Notes: generated by a model not told the origin, from the sequence alone. A DNA stretch of 64,000 nt from Pontiella sp. (GCA_050290185.1 JBNKHE010000001.1:98713-162712), one strand, 5' to 3'; counted from the stretch's first letter, positions 10,152-20,289 are shown. Numbers and translations: made by a program.

Positions 10152-11602
10152 TCCACCAGCATCGATGCTGCCCCTTTGACCTCAAACTGAAAGCATGCGT
10201 TCCCTCTAAAGGGTAAAGCATCCATCAGATGGTACCGATACATGGATACCATGGATAGCGTCTCGCTGGTCTGCCCGCGCAGGGGATGCTGAAACGAATC
10301 ATCAGAGCACCACGCGCAGCCGAAATAGTCCTCGCTGCCCGTCCCACGCCAGGCGGGAATATTGGTATTATCCAGCCCTATGACGGGATCCCCTTCGCCC
10401 CACCATCCATCCCCGTGATTCACGACATTCAGGATACATCCAACAATTTTCCCAGAACCCTTTATCTCGGCCAATGTTAAAGATTCCGCGCTGTTAACCA
10501 GTAGATTCGGGCGAGAAGAATACCGTCCTCCAAATCTAGTCCGGCTTTTGCATCCTGCAACCATGGAAACTGCGACCTTTACCGGCATACTCCGATCACT
10601 CCGGTTCACCAACTTAACCATGGCGCCATCGTTAAACGGCATTGGCCAGCGTATTATCACGGTGGAACGCTTAACCGAAACCGGAATGGAAGAGACATCG
10701 CCCATCTTTCCCGATACGCCGCATAGCATGCTCAACGGGCATGTCAATGCGGGCATGGACTCCTGGTCCCAGTACATTTCAACATCTAGTTCGGAAAGAT
10801 CCCGCTTGGATTGTGCCGTGATTTTGAGGCACCGAATCATTCCCGCGCCTGCCGTCAGAAAAGCTTTGCATGAAGTGCCGGGAGCCAGTTCTCCCACAAA
10901 GGAGTCCTTCAAAACCGGTGAGAGAGGGTTCAGCCATTGTTTCGCAATTTTCCGCAACGCCTGTTTTCTTTCCGGTTCCTGCTTTAAATGGAATGCAGCA
11001 ATATCACGATCTGTTTCGATCGAGTTCCAGGCAATCTGGTAAAATAAAGATCCCAACTCTGCTTTGGATTTCGCGCGCACTGAAACCCGGCAGGATGTTG
11101 CATGAAAAATCGGAAAATGCAGGTTGAAGCCCTCTGCGGTTCGAGCGGCGAAGGGATAGCGCACAGGCAGCCATTCACCAGCCAAAAATAATGAAAATGG
11201 ATATACGGTTCGAACCCCGTCAATGTCCAAAACAAGATCGCCAACGGGATTGGCCGACCACATCCACGTGATCGCTCCCGGCCCATTCATTTCAGCCAGC
11301 ACACCTTCCACCCCGCCGGGCACTTCTTCGATTCGAAGAAATGAGCCATGATCAAAATCCCCGGAAGTTTCTGGTGCATAACCGATCAAGGTTGCCTTGT
11401 CGTCGGTAGCGGCACTCGAGAATAGGTGCGACGCCCCCAAAACCCTGCTATCGGGCAACTGGCTCAAATCGGGGATGCAAGCAAGGAGGTCCATAGCCGA
11501 AAGCTGCTCATCGCACAGACTCGGCGGGGCTTTGTCCTTGCTGTCGCACGCACATAATCCCCCCATTGCCACCACGACCAAAGCAATAAAGGCAGGGCGC
11601 AT
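10085..11602 (-). CDS. DUF2961/GH172-like glycoside hydrolase lipoprotein
   Basis: Lipobox LCAC; GPGAITWMWSANP; WWGEGD and GTGSEDYF motifs. Confidence 0.8.
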   Translation of the reverse strand: MRPAFIALVVVAMGGLCACDSKDKAPPSLCDEQLSAMDLLACIPDLSQLPDSRVLGASHLFSSAATDDKATLIGYAPETSGDFDHGSFLRIEEVPGGVEGVLAEMNGPGAITWMWSANPVGDLVLDIDGVRTVYPFSLFLAGEWLPVRYPFAARTAEGFNLHFPIFHATSCRVSVRAKSKAELGSLFYQIAWNSIETDRDIAAFHLKQEPERKQALRKIAKQWLNPLSPVLKDSFVGELAPGTSCKAFLTAGAGMIRCLKITAQSKRDLSELDVEMYWDQESMPALTCPLSMLCGVSGKMGDVSSIPVSVKRSTVIIRWPMPFNDGAMVKLVNRSDRSMPVKVAVSMVAGCKSRTRFGGRYSSRPNLLVNSAESLTLAEIKGSGKIVGCILNVVNHGDGWWGEGDPVIGLDNTNIPAWRGTGSEDYFGCAWCSDDSFQHPLRGQTSETLSMVSMYRYHLMDALPFRGNACFQFEVKGAASMLVDYSTLLLWYSETSSRNDTTDAR

Positions 11603-11604
11603 CG

Positions 11605-11940
11605 CTAAACCAGCACCCCAAAGTAGGTCACGACCAGGTCGGTCCGGCCGGTGTTGACAATTTCATGGACATCACCGGCCTCGACCAGCACCACCGTTCC
11701 GGCGGCAAAGACATAGGCGACATCGTTGATGCGGATTTCGCCGCACCCGGACTCCACCGTAAAAACTTCGGCCATGTCGTTGTGCAAATGGCTTCCGGCC
11801 TTCTCCCCCGGAGGAAACACGGCGCGGGCATAGTTGGTGATCGCCCCCAACTCTCCGTTGGCGAGAATCTCGCGTTTGCGGATGCGCGCATTGTGCGACA
11901 CACCCTTGTCAGGCAGCTCGTTGATTTTGATCAGTTTCAT
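11605..11940 (-). CDS. Cupin-domain protein
   Basis: HLHNDMAEVF and GDVHEIVNTG cupin motifs. Confidence 0.88.
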   Translation of the reverse strand: MKLIKINELPDKGVSHNARIRKREILANGELGAITNYARAVFPPGEKAGSHLHNDMAEVFTVESGCGEIRINDVAYVFAAGTVVLVEAGDVHEIVNTGRTDLVVTYFGVLV

Positions 11941-11947
11941 AGCCGAA

Positions 11948-12487
11948 TCAGGAGTTACTTGGTACCGGAATAAGCGAACTATACAATCGACTCGAATCAG
12001 AATCAAAGAATTCCAGATCCTCGAGACGGTAAAATCGTTGATAATAGCCGGAAAAGATCCGCATCTGATCAAGATCAATGTAGGGCGTCCCGGGGATTAC
12101 CGTCCCTTGATCCCTCAGGAAATATATTCTTCCATCCTGCCTCCGGATTCTGGGTTGCTTCCACTTGTGATCGTCCCCATCAATCAACACCCAGGCTTTC
12201 TTTCCATCACTGTTGCGCTCCACCTCGAAATAGGAATCGTAGAAGTCCACGCCCGGTTTTTGAATGACCGTTATCCTATACATAGGCAAATCCACCGGCA
12301 GACTCATGCTCCAACCACGAAGGCCATCGTACTGCCAGACAAGAAACTCCCGCATGGTCCAATACGCCGGAAGCGACAGGAACACCAGCATCAAACCGGG
12401 GATGATTACCTTTCTCCATTTCAACCCCATCAACAAAAGAACGGCTCCAACGGGAAGGAGCAGCAAACCAAGAAAAACCACACTCAC
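11948..12487 (-). CDS. Hypothetical membrane-anchored protein
   Basis: Two N-terminal hydrophobic segments; GTG start overlapping upstream TGA (GTGA). Confidence 0.6.
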   Translation of the reverse strand: MSVVFLGLLLLPVGAVLLLMGLKWRKVIIPGLMLVFLSLPAYWTMREFLVWQYDGLRGWSMSLPVDLPMYRITVIQKPGVDFYDSYFEVERNSDGKKAWVLIDGDDHKWKQPRIRRQDGRIYFLRDQGTVIPGTPYIDLDQMRIFSGYYQRFYRLEDLEFFDSDSSRLYSSLIPVPSNS

Positions 12488-13191
12488 ACCATCTCCAATG
12501 CGTTGATTATGGATTCCAGCCAAAGTAGCTTTTTGGACTGCAGCATGGGGCTTGGGTGCGCATTAAGCAGCGGATGCACTTCGGAAGATACCGTGCATAC
12601 CGGTTCTCCATCCAGCCGCTTCATGCACTGTTCGGCGAGCGGAATCAAACCGGGATCCTGACCCCACCCCAGCAGAACCGGAGTGTTTCCCTGCCGTTTA
12701 AGCGAATGCGCCCGCTCGGTCGTACGTTCGGCGCAAAACATACTGTGGACATGCCCCCCCATGATGCCGGACAGGGCATCCACCTTCTGCAGGAAACTCC
12801 CGGATTTTGGATCACGCAGGTCGGATAGGTTGAGTATGCGGATATGCTTCCATCCCTGTCGGACCGCCACGCGCATCACCTGATACTGCGTATTATCGGG
12901 CTGGGTCAGAACCAGTTTTTTCCGCATGGAAGATCCGGTCCGGGGATATTCGATTTCATCGTCCATGTGGTAGATATCCTTGGGATGCGAAGAGCCCGGA
13001 TTCATCATGACCACCACCACGTCCGGCTCCCTCTCGGATATAGCGGATGGATCCTCCTGAGAAATAGAAGCATCAACGATCTCCAGCACACTTCTGCACT
13101 TGGCCCGTTCGCCATTCATCAGCACGAGCTCATAGAAATGGCCGTAGCAGGTAAACTTTTTCTTCAATTCCGCTGCGTATAAAAATTCCAT
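12484..13191 (-). CDS. DUF1643-like protein
   Basis: VVMMNPGS, D.T, ILNLSD.R, LLGWG, HPS motif order. Confidence 0.6.
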   Translation of the reverse strand: MEFLYAAELKKKFTCYGHFYELVLMNGERAKCRSVLEIVDASISQEDPSAISEREPDVVVVMMNPGSSHPKDIYHMDDEIEYPRTGSSMRKKLVLTQPDNTQYQVMRVAVRQGWKHIRILNLSDLRDPKSGSFLQKVDALSGIMGGHVHSMFCAERTTERAHSLKRQGNTPVLLGWGQDPGLIPLAEQCMKRLDGEPVCTVSSEVHPLLNAHPSPMLQSKKLLWLESIINALEMV

Positions 13192-13324
13192 GTTTAATCC
13201 GGTTTTCGTCACCCTATTCGTACAGTCCGCGTCCCAATCATCGGGAAAGAGGCCGCTATTTTATGCTTTCTGCGGCTTAAAATACAAATTATCTTGAATG
13301 CGTTAAATCGAAACCGGGGTTTCT

Positions 13325-14242
13325 ATGCATGTTGTAATCGATATCCTCGCGGCAATTCTCCTGCTGTTTTTCTTCCTTTCAGGATGGCACAAGGGGCTTC
13401 TGCTTGCATCACTGGGAGTTGCACGCGTGATTCTGGCCTATGGAATGGCCTATTTTGCGGGGCGCTATCTGGGCTGCTGGCTGGGCGAAGTGCTCTACCG
13501 TCCGCGCATTGTTATGATGCCGGTTGCCGCTGGCCTCACTTTTGTCCTCATCACGTTCGGTTTCTACATCGTCATGTTGAAGGTGCGGGAGAAACACCGG
13601 ACCAAGAAGGAAAAAGAGGAACACTTCCATCTGCCATACTACAGTTGCTTGCTAGGCGGACTGGTGAGTGTGGCCGTCGGCCTGCTTTCCATGGTTTTTG
13701 TCTTCTGGCTGAGCGACCTGTTCCTGACCGGCATTTCCGGACGGGGCATTCCCGGAGCTGATCAATCGTTTTTCGGTCGCTTCTCCCGTCGAGCCACCTA
13801 TGAAGCCGTCTACATGGTGACGACCCGGCCTGGCCGGGAATCCCAAGCGGCCGCCACGGCTAGGGTGATCAGTGAACCCGCCAAAGGACTCGGCCACCTG
13901 CAACGCGTACTTGAAGCCGATTCCGTCCGGCTGTTGCTTACGGACCGGCAACTTGCAGAAGACCTGCTCAGCGGCGATGCGGAACGGATTCAGCAGAACG
14001 AATCGATGCAGCGACTGTTCAATGACCATGAGATACGTGCAGAGCTCCAGGAACTCGGAATCCTGTCTCGCCACGAAACCGAAGAAAGCTTCTGCGAAAA
14101 ACTGTCCCGCTTCGGACAGAATGAAAACATCCAGGCCAGCCTTCAGAACCTCAAGGCCCGCGACATGCTGCGCACGGATCAAATACTGTCGCTCGTCCGC
14201 GACCCCGAGTTCGACATTATCGTGGCCGAAGTCGTAAAATAA
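13325..14242 (+). CDS. CvpA-family membrane protein
   Basis: IDIL....LL....SGWHKGL N-terminus, four TM segments, LLGGLVS. Confidence 0.65.
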   Translation: MHVVIDILAAILLLFFFLSGWHKGLLLASLGVARVILAYGMAYFAGRYLGCWLGEVLYRPRIVMMPVAAGLTFVLITFGFYIVMLKVREKHRTKKEKEEHFHLPYYSCLLGGLVSVAVGLLSMVFVFWLSDLFLTGISGRGIPGADQSFFGRFSRRATYEAVYMVTTRPGRESQAAATARVISEPAKGLGHLQRVLEADSVRLLLTDRQLAEDLLSGDAERIQQNESMQRLFNDHEIRAELQELGILSRHETEESFCEKLSRFGQNENIQASLQNLKARDMLRTDQILSLVRDPEFDIIVAEVVK

Positions 14243-14245
14243 GAA

Positions 14246-14650
14246 TCACTCCCCTGGCTGGATCCGGCCGCGCAGTTTCTTCTTTTCCCCCTGCTTGGAT
14301 TTTGCATCCAGCATACGCGCCTTGGCCCGGCGGGAACGCCGGCGCTTTTGGCGGCGGATCTTTTCCATGGCCTGCTTCTTTGCGCTTTTTTCGCCCAGCA
14401 CCTTTTCTTCGATACGCTCGCAGAGTTCGCGACGGGCCCAGTAGCGGTTGTCGGCCTGCGACCGGGTCTGCTGGCAACGGATCTCGATGCCGCTGGGCCG
14501 GTGGATCAATTGCACGCAGGAAGAGGTCTTGTTGATCTTCTGCCCTCCCTTGCCGGAACCGCGGATGAAATGTTCATCAAGGTCTTCATCCCGAATGCCG
14601 AGCCCGTCCATACGTCCTCGCAGCTTGTCCTGTTTTTCCTGCGTAATCAT
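14246..14650 (-). CDS. Short GGQ peptidyl-tRNA hydrolase (C12orf65/ArfB-like ribosome rescue factor)
   Basis: GSGKGGQKINKT, RSQADNR, long basic C-terminal tail. Confidence 0.9.
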   Translation of the reverse strand: MITQEKQDKLRGRMDGLGIRDEDLDEHFIRGSGKGGQKINKTSSCVQLIHRPSGIEIRCQQTRSQADNRYWARRELCERIEEKVLGEKSAKKQAMEKIRRQKRRRSRRAKARMLDAKSKQGEKKKLRGRIQPGE

Positions 14651-14720
14651 CCGGGCATCTTATGCAATCCAGCCCTCTTTTCGCAATTGATTTAAATCCT
14701 CCGCCCCATAAGATGTCGCG

Positions 14721-15542
14721 ATGGATCTAACTGCCATCAATCCGAATCTCGTAAACAGCATTGTAGCCACCTTCCTGTTTGGCTCGATCTACTCCAGCAT
14801 CCTGCTTTTCATCTACAGCAGAAAATGCGCGGTAAAGCGCGAAACCCTGTTGCGGAAAATCACGCAGCGCGGCTGGACCGGCGGACAGGTGGGCGTGCTA
14901 CTGACCGGATTCATAGGTCTGATGATCCTGATACCACTGCTATACTCGCTGCTTGGGGGCGATGGCAGTCCGCTGTGGCGCCTGATCCTCACCCTGCTGT
15001 ACTGCACATCGCAGCTTACCATGCTGATCCTTCTCGGCCGGATCAGAAAAAGCACTTGGGCCAGGGATTTTGGCATGAATGCGCGCTCGGCAAAATGGAT
15101 TCCTCTTTCTTTGGCCATGTATCTGGCCCTTGCCCCCGTGCTCGGGATCGCATCACTGGTTTGCAACAGGATACTGGAACAGCTGTTCGGAATAGAGGTG
15201 GATGAACAGGACGTGGCCCAGCTTATTATGCAAAGTAAGGCATGGATCAGGGTGGGCTTCATCCTGCTGGCCGTGATTGTGGCACCGCTATACGAAGAAC
15301 TGATCTTTCGCGGTGTATTCTTTCCCTACCTGATCCGGCGTATCGGGCTCTATCCAGCCCTGTTCGTCGTATCGGCTGCATTCGCGGCGATCCATTTTCA
15401 TCTACCATCGTTTGCACCGCTGTTCCTGCTGTCGATTGCCCTGTGTCTCGCCTACTGGAGAACGGGTTCGCTTTGGACGAGCATCGGACTGCACGCGCTT
15501 TCTAACAGCGTAGCCATCCTGATCCTCTGCGCGAGCACATAG
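14721..15542 (+). CDS. CPBP/CAAX (Abi) intramembrane protease
   Basis: EELIFRG, FAAIH, LHALSN motifs. Confidence 0.9.
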   Translation: MDLTAINPNLVNSIVATFLFGSIYSSILLFIYSRKCAVKRETLLRKITQRGWTGGQVGVLLTGFIGLMILIPLLYSLLGGDGSPLWRLILTLLYCTSQLTMLILLGRIRKSTWARDFGMNARSAKWIPLSLAMYLALAPVLGIASLVCNRILEQLFGIEVDEQDVAQLIMQSKAWIRVGFILLAVIVAPLYEELIFRGVFFPYLIRRIGLYPALFVVSAAFAAIHFHLPSFAPLFLLSIALCLAYWRTGSLWTSIGLHALSNSVAILILCAST

Positions 15543-15553
15543 ACCGGCAGCAG

Positions 15554-16852
15554 TTAACTAAACGTCGTCAAGCCGGCGATGGCCGCACCAACCACGGGAG
15601 CATCATCCACCTGTACGCAACGAATGTGCAGACCGCGCGCATCGAGCATTCGCTTCAAATGCATCTGCACCTGATCCGCTAAACCAAAGGTCTTATAGTA
15701 GGTCGAACCGTCAATGTTGACGCAAACCGGCTGTTCGGTATCCTGCCCCGCACCGCCTTTAACCACCGCCGCGAGAATGTTCACCGCCGTCAGCAAGGCG
15801 GCCCGGTCGACCACCGCTCCAAAAACGGTTTTCATGATTTCCCGGTCGGCATCGGTAAAGGCTTCGGTTCCCAGCACCCCCGTATCACGGCCATTGCCGG
15901 CGGCGAGGTTGTCGATATGGATCGTAGACAGATCCTTCATGATAGAAACAGCCGCGCCACCGCTACTGGAAAAAGCCCCCTCCGTCGCCAAGGCCTGCAA
16001 CAACTCCAAGGTGATCGAACCCATGTAAACGCCTGAAATCATCTTCTCGAAAACATGCCCGCCCGGATTCTCACTGCGCTCATCCAGCTGCAGATCAAAC
16101 GGACCTCGTTTAATGGCGGAAAAACCGCCGGACTCGACATTGATCACTTGCGAACCGGATGTAATGTAGCCATCAAGCTTGCCAATGTTTTCATTCCGCT
16201 CCACATAGGCGGTATTTGTGCCGGTACCCAGAATAAAGCCGACATAGGACGAAGCATTAAACTGCTGCCCCTGCGCCAGTCCGGCAAGCAGACAGGCCAC
16301 CGTGTCATTCAGGATCACCACTTTTTTTCCGGAAATTCCGCGTTTTTCCAGCGCCGTGATGAGCCCCTCTCCAATATGCGCTCCCACCAGCTCGGGAATC
16401 TTGATTTCCTTGGTCCAGTGCAGGAGGCGGCCGTCGAATCCCGGCGTAATCGTAGCGGGATAGGAAAAGCAGAATCCGATATTGTCGAACTCGTCTTTCA
16501 GGGGTTCCAGGGCATCCGCCAGCACCCGGTAGAATTCATCAGCGCTGATTTCATGATCGCGACCGGGCATCGGTTGTTTGCTGAAGCTGAAAAGTTCGAT
16601 TTGGCCTGATTCATTGAATTGCGCCATACAGATGCGCAGATTCGTTCCGCCGGCGTCGATAACAGCCACCGGTTTTCCAACCGGGACAATTCCGGCTGTA
16701 CCCACGTATGCGGGGATCATGGAAAGCGAGCTGGACTCCCCGTTGAGCCCTTTTTCCATCTCCTCCATAAAACCGGCCAGCAGGGCGTCGGCCTCATAGG
16801 CCTCCGCCGCCACCCTCTGATCCTTCAGCCATGATTTGATATCCATTGTCAT
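15554..16852 (-). CDS. Hexokinase (eukaryote-type family)
   Basis: IDAGGTNLR, GFCFSYP, WTKE, LNDTVA, ILGTGTNTAY, INVESG, FEKMISG.YMG. Confidence 0.92.
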   Translation of the reverse strand: MTMDIKSWLKDQRVAAEAYEADALLAGFMEEMEKGLNGESSSLSMIPAYVGTAGIVPVGKPVAVIDAGGTNLRICMAQFNESGQIELFSFSKQPMPGRDHEISADEFYRVLADALEPLKDEFDNIGFCFSYPATITPGFDGRLLHWTKEIKIPELVGAHIGEGLITALEKRGISGKKVVILNDTVACLLAGLAQGQQFNASSYVGFILGTGTNTAYVERNENIGKLDGYITSGSQVINVESGGFSAIKRGPFDLQLDERSENPGGHVFEKMISGVYMGSITLELLQALATEGAFSSSGGAAVSIMKDLSTIHIDNLAAGNGRDTGVLGTEAFTDADREIMKTVFGAVVDRAALLTAVNILAAVVKGGAGQDTEQPVCVNIDGSTYYKTFGLADQVQMHLKRMLDARGLHIRCVQVDDAPVVGAAIAGLTTFS

Positions 16853-16909
16853 CCCCCCTCCTTGAAAAGCTGGCATTGATACACCCCGGCGTATTCCGGT
16901 GCAAGCCCC

Positions 16910-18412
16910 CTATTGCCGGGCTTGGTGAACCTGCTCAAGAAATGCATGCGAATAGTAGGCGTTTACCTCTCTGTCATTTCGCTGCAACACCACTTTAATA
17001 TACCGATTCTCAAACCGGGCTTCCGTCGGCAACCCTTTCAGCACATAGGCATCGAACTCGGCATCTTCGCCGCATAGCAGGATATCGGGATGCCACGCAT
17101 AGAACACATCGCGGTTAAATGCCGTATGGTTCTTGTAACCGGTGCGCAGCCCCGGCGCATGGGCCATCGCCGTGGCATTAAGCCCCATTATATCGTAGAC
17201 GGTTCCCGGGTAGGCGTACTTAAAGCCCCCTGCTGTAATGGTTGCCACTGAAGGCAGGGCCTCCAAATCATTGAACATGAATTCCAGTGCAGTTCCGGTC
17301 TCCCGCCCCTCGCGGGCAATGCGGAATTCATGCTTCATGTGCGCTGTTAGCGGGAAAAGCATCCAGCCGCACAGCACCAGAACCAGCAATACGGAACGGG
17401 CCCTCCTAGGCCTCATCCGTTCAAAGAGTACCGGCCATTCCGTTGCCGCCAGCACGCAAAGGAGAGGCCAGATCGGCTGATAGAAGCGGGCGCCGCCGAA
17501 GTGGTCGCCGCCCACCAGCACGGGGATCCCGATACCCGGTAGCAGGCATAGCGCAATCAGAGTGCCCTGGTCCAACCCGGCCCGCCAGTTCCGCAGCCCC
17601 CGCACCAGAATCCATCCCCAGGTGGCCATCGCCAAAAACACCACCGGACTTCCGAATATAAATTTTAATATATACCCCGTTCCGTTCCACAGATTAACGG
17701 AGAGACTCGGAGAAACCTTCGCGTAGAAGGTATTCGGCACCGGATAGCCAAAGTAATGGATTCTAAACGCAATCAAAGCCACCAATGCCAACGCAAAAAC
17801 AACTGCCGGAACCACGGCATACCTCAGTCCTTTTCTCCACCCTTCTGCTCCGGCCCCTGTCCATCCCATGAGCAGGATCAGCCACACCCCCCACACCATG
17901 GATTCGGGTCGCGTGATCACAAGCAAAGGCAGCATCAATGCAAACAGGATCCTGCGGCGGTCCACCACCGCCAATATCGCCAATGTCAGCAGCCGGCACC
18001 ACAGCCCCGTTTCCATCAGCGTCAACTGGCACCAGGCAAACCAGGCGGGAACCGAGGCCAGCAGGATCAGAAACAGCCATGGATTATCTACCCGCCGCAA
18101 ACACACCCAAACAATTGCAGCGCCGATCAACAGGTTGAACAGATAAAGCGGAAGTTCCACATGGTCGGTGACCCGGAATATACAGGCGCAGATCAGAGTC
18201 CAGAGCAACGAGGTGAACCCTTCCACCCGTTCGCTGCCAATGTTGTAGACAAATCCATGTCCGTCCGCCCAGTGGCGGGCATACACAAAAAAGATATCGG
18301 CATCATCGATCCCCGTCGCCGGCCGGCTCAGCAGCAACCACGTCAGCCCACTCCCGATCAGCACCGTCAACAATGCAATCATCGGTAATTTGAATGTAGA
18401 GGAGTCGTTCAT
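16910..18412 (-). CDS. GT-C membrane glycosyltransferase (AftB-like)
   Basis: DDADIFFVYARHWADGHGFVYN...ERVEGFTS.LW; METGL; TRPE; YFGYPVPNTFYAK. Confidence 0.75.
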   Translation of the reverse strand: MNDSSTFKLPMIALLTVLIGSGLTWLLLSRPATGIDDADIFFVYARHWADGHGFVYNIGSERVEGFTSLLWTLICACIFRVTDHVELPLYLFNLLIGAAIVWVCLRRVDNPWLFLILLASVPAWFAWCQLTLMETGLWCRLLTLAILAVVDRRRILFALMLPLLVITRPESMVWGVWLILLMGWTGAGAEGWRKGLRYAVVPAVVFALALVALIAFRIHYFGYPVPNTFYAKVSPSLSVNLWNGTGYILKFIFGSPVVFLAMATWGWILVRGLRNWRAGLDQGTLIALCLLPGIGIPVLVGGDHFGGARFYQPIWPLLCVLAATEWPVLFERMRPRRARSVLLVLVLCGWMLFPLTAHMKHEFRIAREGRETGTALEFMFNDLEALPSVATITAGGFKYAYPGTVYDIMGLNATAMAHAPGLRTGYKNHTAFNRDVFYAWHPDILLCGEDAEFDAYVLKGLPTEARFENRYIKVVLQRNDREVNAYYSHAFLEQVHQARQ

Positions 18413-18415
18413 GGA

Positions 18416-18898
18416 TTATTCATTGTGGTATGGATGGCCTTCCACCACCGTGAAGGCCCGGTACAACCCTTCGAGCAGGACAATGCGTGCCACACCTCCG
18501 GCCATCACCAGCGATGACAACGACCAAACTGCGTCGGCCTTTTGACGGACGACATCGGCCAGCCCCAACGCGCCTCCGACCACAACCACGATCCGCCGTT
18601 TGCCGGCCAGGGGGTGATCGCCGCTGCGCGAAGCATGGATAAGTTCCGCCATCTGCGGGGTTTTGATCGCTTGGCCGCGCTCGTCGCATGCCACCAGATA
18701 GTCGCCGTTCTTCTGCAACTTGAAGATACGCTCGGCTTCGGTCTGTTTGGTCTGCTCCGGTGTACGCGATGAAACCTTTTCATCCTTGTATTCCATCACC
18801 TCGACGCCAAAGGACTTCAATCTTCTGACGTACTCGTCCTGAGCCGCCGTCAGCGCCTTGGGTTTGATCTTTCCGGGTAGCAGTACACAAATTTTCAT
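18416..18898 (-). CDS. rlmH: 23S rRNA pseudouridine-1915 N3-methyltransferase
   Basis: DEYVRRL, DERG, VVGGALGL, LLEGLYRA...GHPYH. Confidence 0.9.
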   Translation of the reverse strand: MKICVLLPGKIKPKALTAAQDEYVRRLKSFGVEVMEYKDEKVSSRTPEQTKQTEAERIFKLQKNGDYLVACDERGQAIKTPQMAELIHASRSGDHPLAGKRRIVVVVGGALGLADVVRQKADAVWSLSSLVMAGGVARIVLLEGLYRAFTVVEGHPYHNE

Positions 18899-18929
18899 GT
18901 CCTCGGTTTATGCCCTAAACCCGTCACCG

Positions 18930-18969
18930 AAAAAAGCAAAAGCCGGGCTCCAAAATCCAGAACCCGGCT
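18930..18969 (-). terminator. Probable intrinsic terminator
   Basis: AGCCGGG/CCCGGCT stem with T tract on the minus strand after the zinc-ribbon gene. Confidence 0.6.
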
Positions 18970-18986
18970 CAATCCGCCAGACCTGC

Positions 18987-19343
18987 CTAGCGACGGAAAG
19001 GAATGGATGGACTTCCGGATGGATGCTGCGGGAACGAATTAAAGCCTCGGTTCACGCTGTGGAACCCCGGAAGGAACACCCCGAAAAAGATGAATAGAAA
19101 AATGATCGCACCAATGATGGCCGAGATCACCTTCCATCCGGCATATAGCTTCACTCCTTCATTCAGAGTCTTGTCCAGATCGTCGCTCTTCATGAAGCTT
19201 TTTGCCCAGCCGGACGGCGTGTCGTTGTCCGGATTGTTGTAATGCGTTTTCCGCGGAGCTTCCACCCACTCACCGCAATGCATGCATTTGAGTGCCTGGT
19301 CTTCAATCTCGGCGCAGCAGTATGGACACTTTTTCATCTTCAT
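18987..19343 (-). CDS. Zinc-ribbon membrane protein
   Basis: CPYC..EI...A.KCMHCGEW plus C-terminal TM helix. Confidence 0.8.
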   Translation of the reverse strand: MKMKKCPYCCAEIEDQALKCMHCGEWVEAPRKTHYNNPDNDTPSGWAKSFMKSDDLDKTLNEGVKLYAGWKVISAIIGAIIFLFIFFGVFLPGFHSVNRGFNSFPQHPSGSPSIPFRR

Positions 19344-19359
19344 CTTCCTTCCTGCGGTT

Positions 19360-20277
19360 TTATTTTCCGACCGTGCCGATGACCTGCTTGGCGGTTGCAA
19401 CGAGGCCGGCGACATCGGACAGGTTGGAGGGAATGATCATGGTATTGTTCGTCTTGGCGAGATTGCCGAACTCGTTGATGTATTGCTCCGCAATCCGCAG
19501 GTTCACCGCATCGGATCCGCCTTCGGCATTGATCGACTTCGCGATTGCCGTAATTCCTTCGGCCGTGGCCATGGCGACGGCGCGGATTTCGGCGGCGCGA
19601 CCATCGGCTTCGTTGATGCGTTTCATCTTTTCCCCTTCGGAGCGGGCAATGGCGGCCTGCCTTTCCCCCTCGGCGGAATTGATCTGAGCCTGCCGCTCGC
19701 CTTCGGACTCGGCGATCACGGCACGTTTCTCGCGCTCGGCCTTCATCTGCTTTTCCATGGCCTCCTTGATGCTCTGCGGCGGCGTGATGTTTTTCACTTC
19801 GTAACGGGTCACCTTGACCCCCCACGGATCGGATGCCATGTCGACGGCCTGCACGATGGCCCCGTTGATCGAATCGCGTTCCTCGAACGTCTTGTCGAGG
19901 TCCAGCTTGCCGATCACGGAACGCATGGTGGTCTGGGCCAGCTGTGTCGAGGCGAAGCTATAGTTGCCAATGCCATAGGAGGCATTTTTGGGATCCATTA
20001 CCTGCATGTAGAGAATCCCGTCCACCTCCACCGAAATGTTGTCTTTGGTGATACACATCTGCGGCGCTACGTCCACCGCCTGTTCCTTGAGCGTGTGCTT
20101 GTAGGCCACCTTGTCGATGAACGGAATCAGGATATGCATTCCAGCCTCGAGGGTTTTGCTGTACTTGCCCAATCGCTCAATAATGAATGCCTGCCGCTGA
20201 GGCACGATCTGCATCGTCTTGATAATCGAAATAACAACGAATGCGACGATGATTCCTACAATGATTAATTGACCCAT
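19360..20277 (-). CDS. SPFH/stomatin-like protein (QmcA/paraslipin)
   Basis: IERLGKY, ITKDN, AQTTMRSVIG, WGVKVTRYE, MEKQMKAER. Confidence 0.95.
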   Translation of the reverse strand: MGQLIIVGIIVAFVVISIIKTMQIVPQRQAFIIERLGKYSKTLEAGMHILIPFIDKVAYKHTLKEQAVDVAPQMCITKDNISVEVDGILYMQVMDPKNASYGIGNYSFASTQLAQTTMRSVIGKLDLDKTFEERDSINGAIVQAVDMASDPWGVKVTRYEVKNITPPQSIKEAMEKQMKAEREKRAVIAESEGERQAQINSAEGERQAAIARSEGEKMKRINEADGRAAEIRAVAMATAEGITAIAKSINAEGGSDAVNLRIAEQYINEFGNLAKTNNTMIIPSNLSDVAGLVATAKQVIGTVGK

Positions 20278-20289
20278 TCTCTTTCCTCC

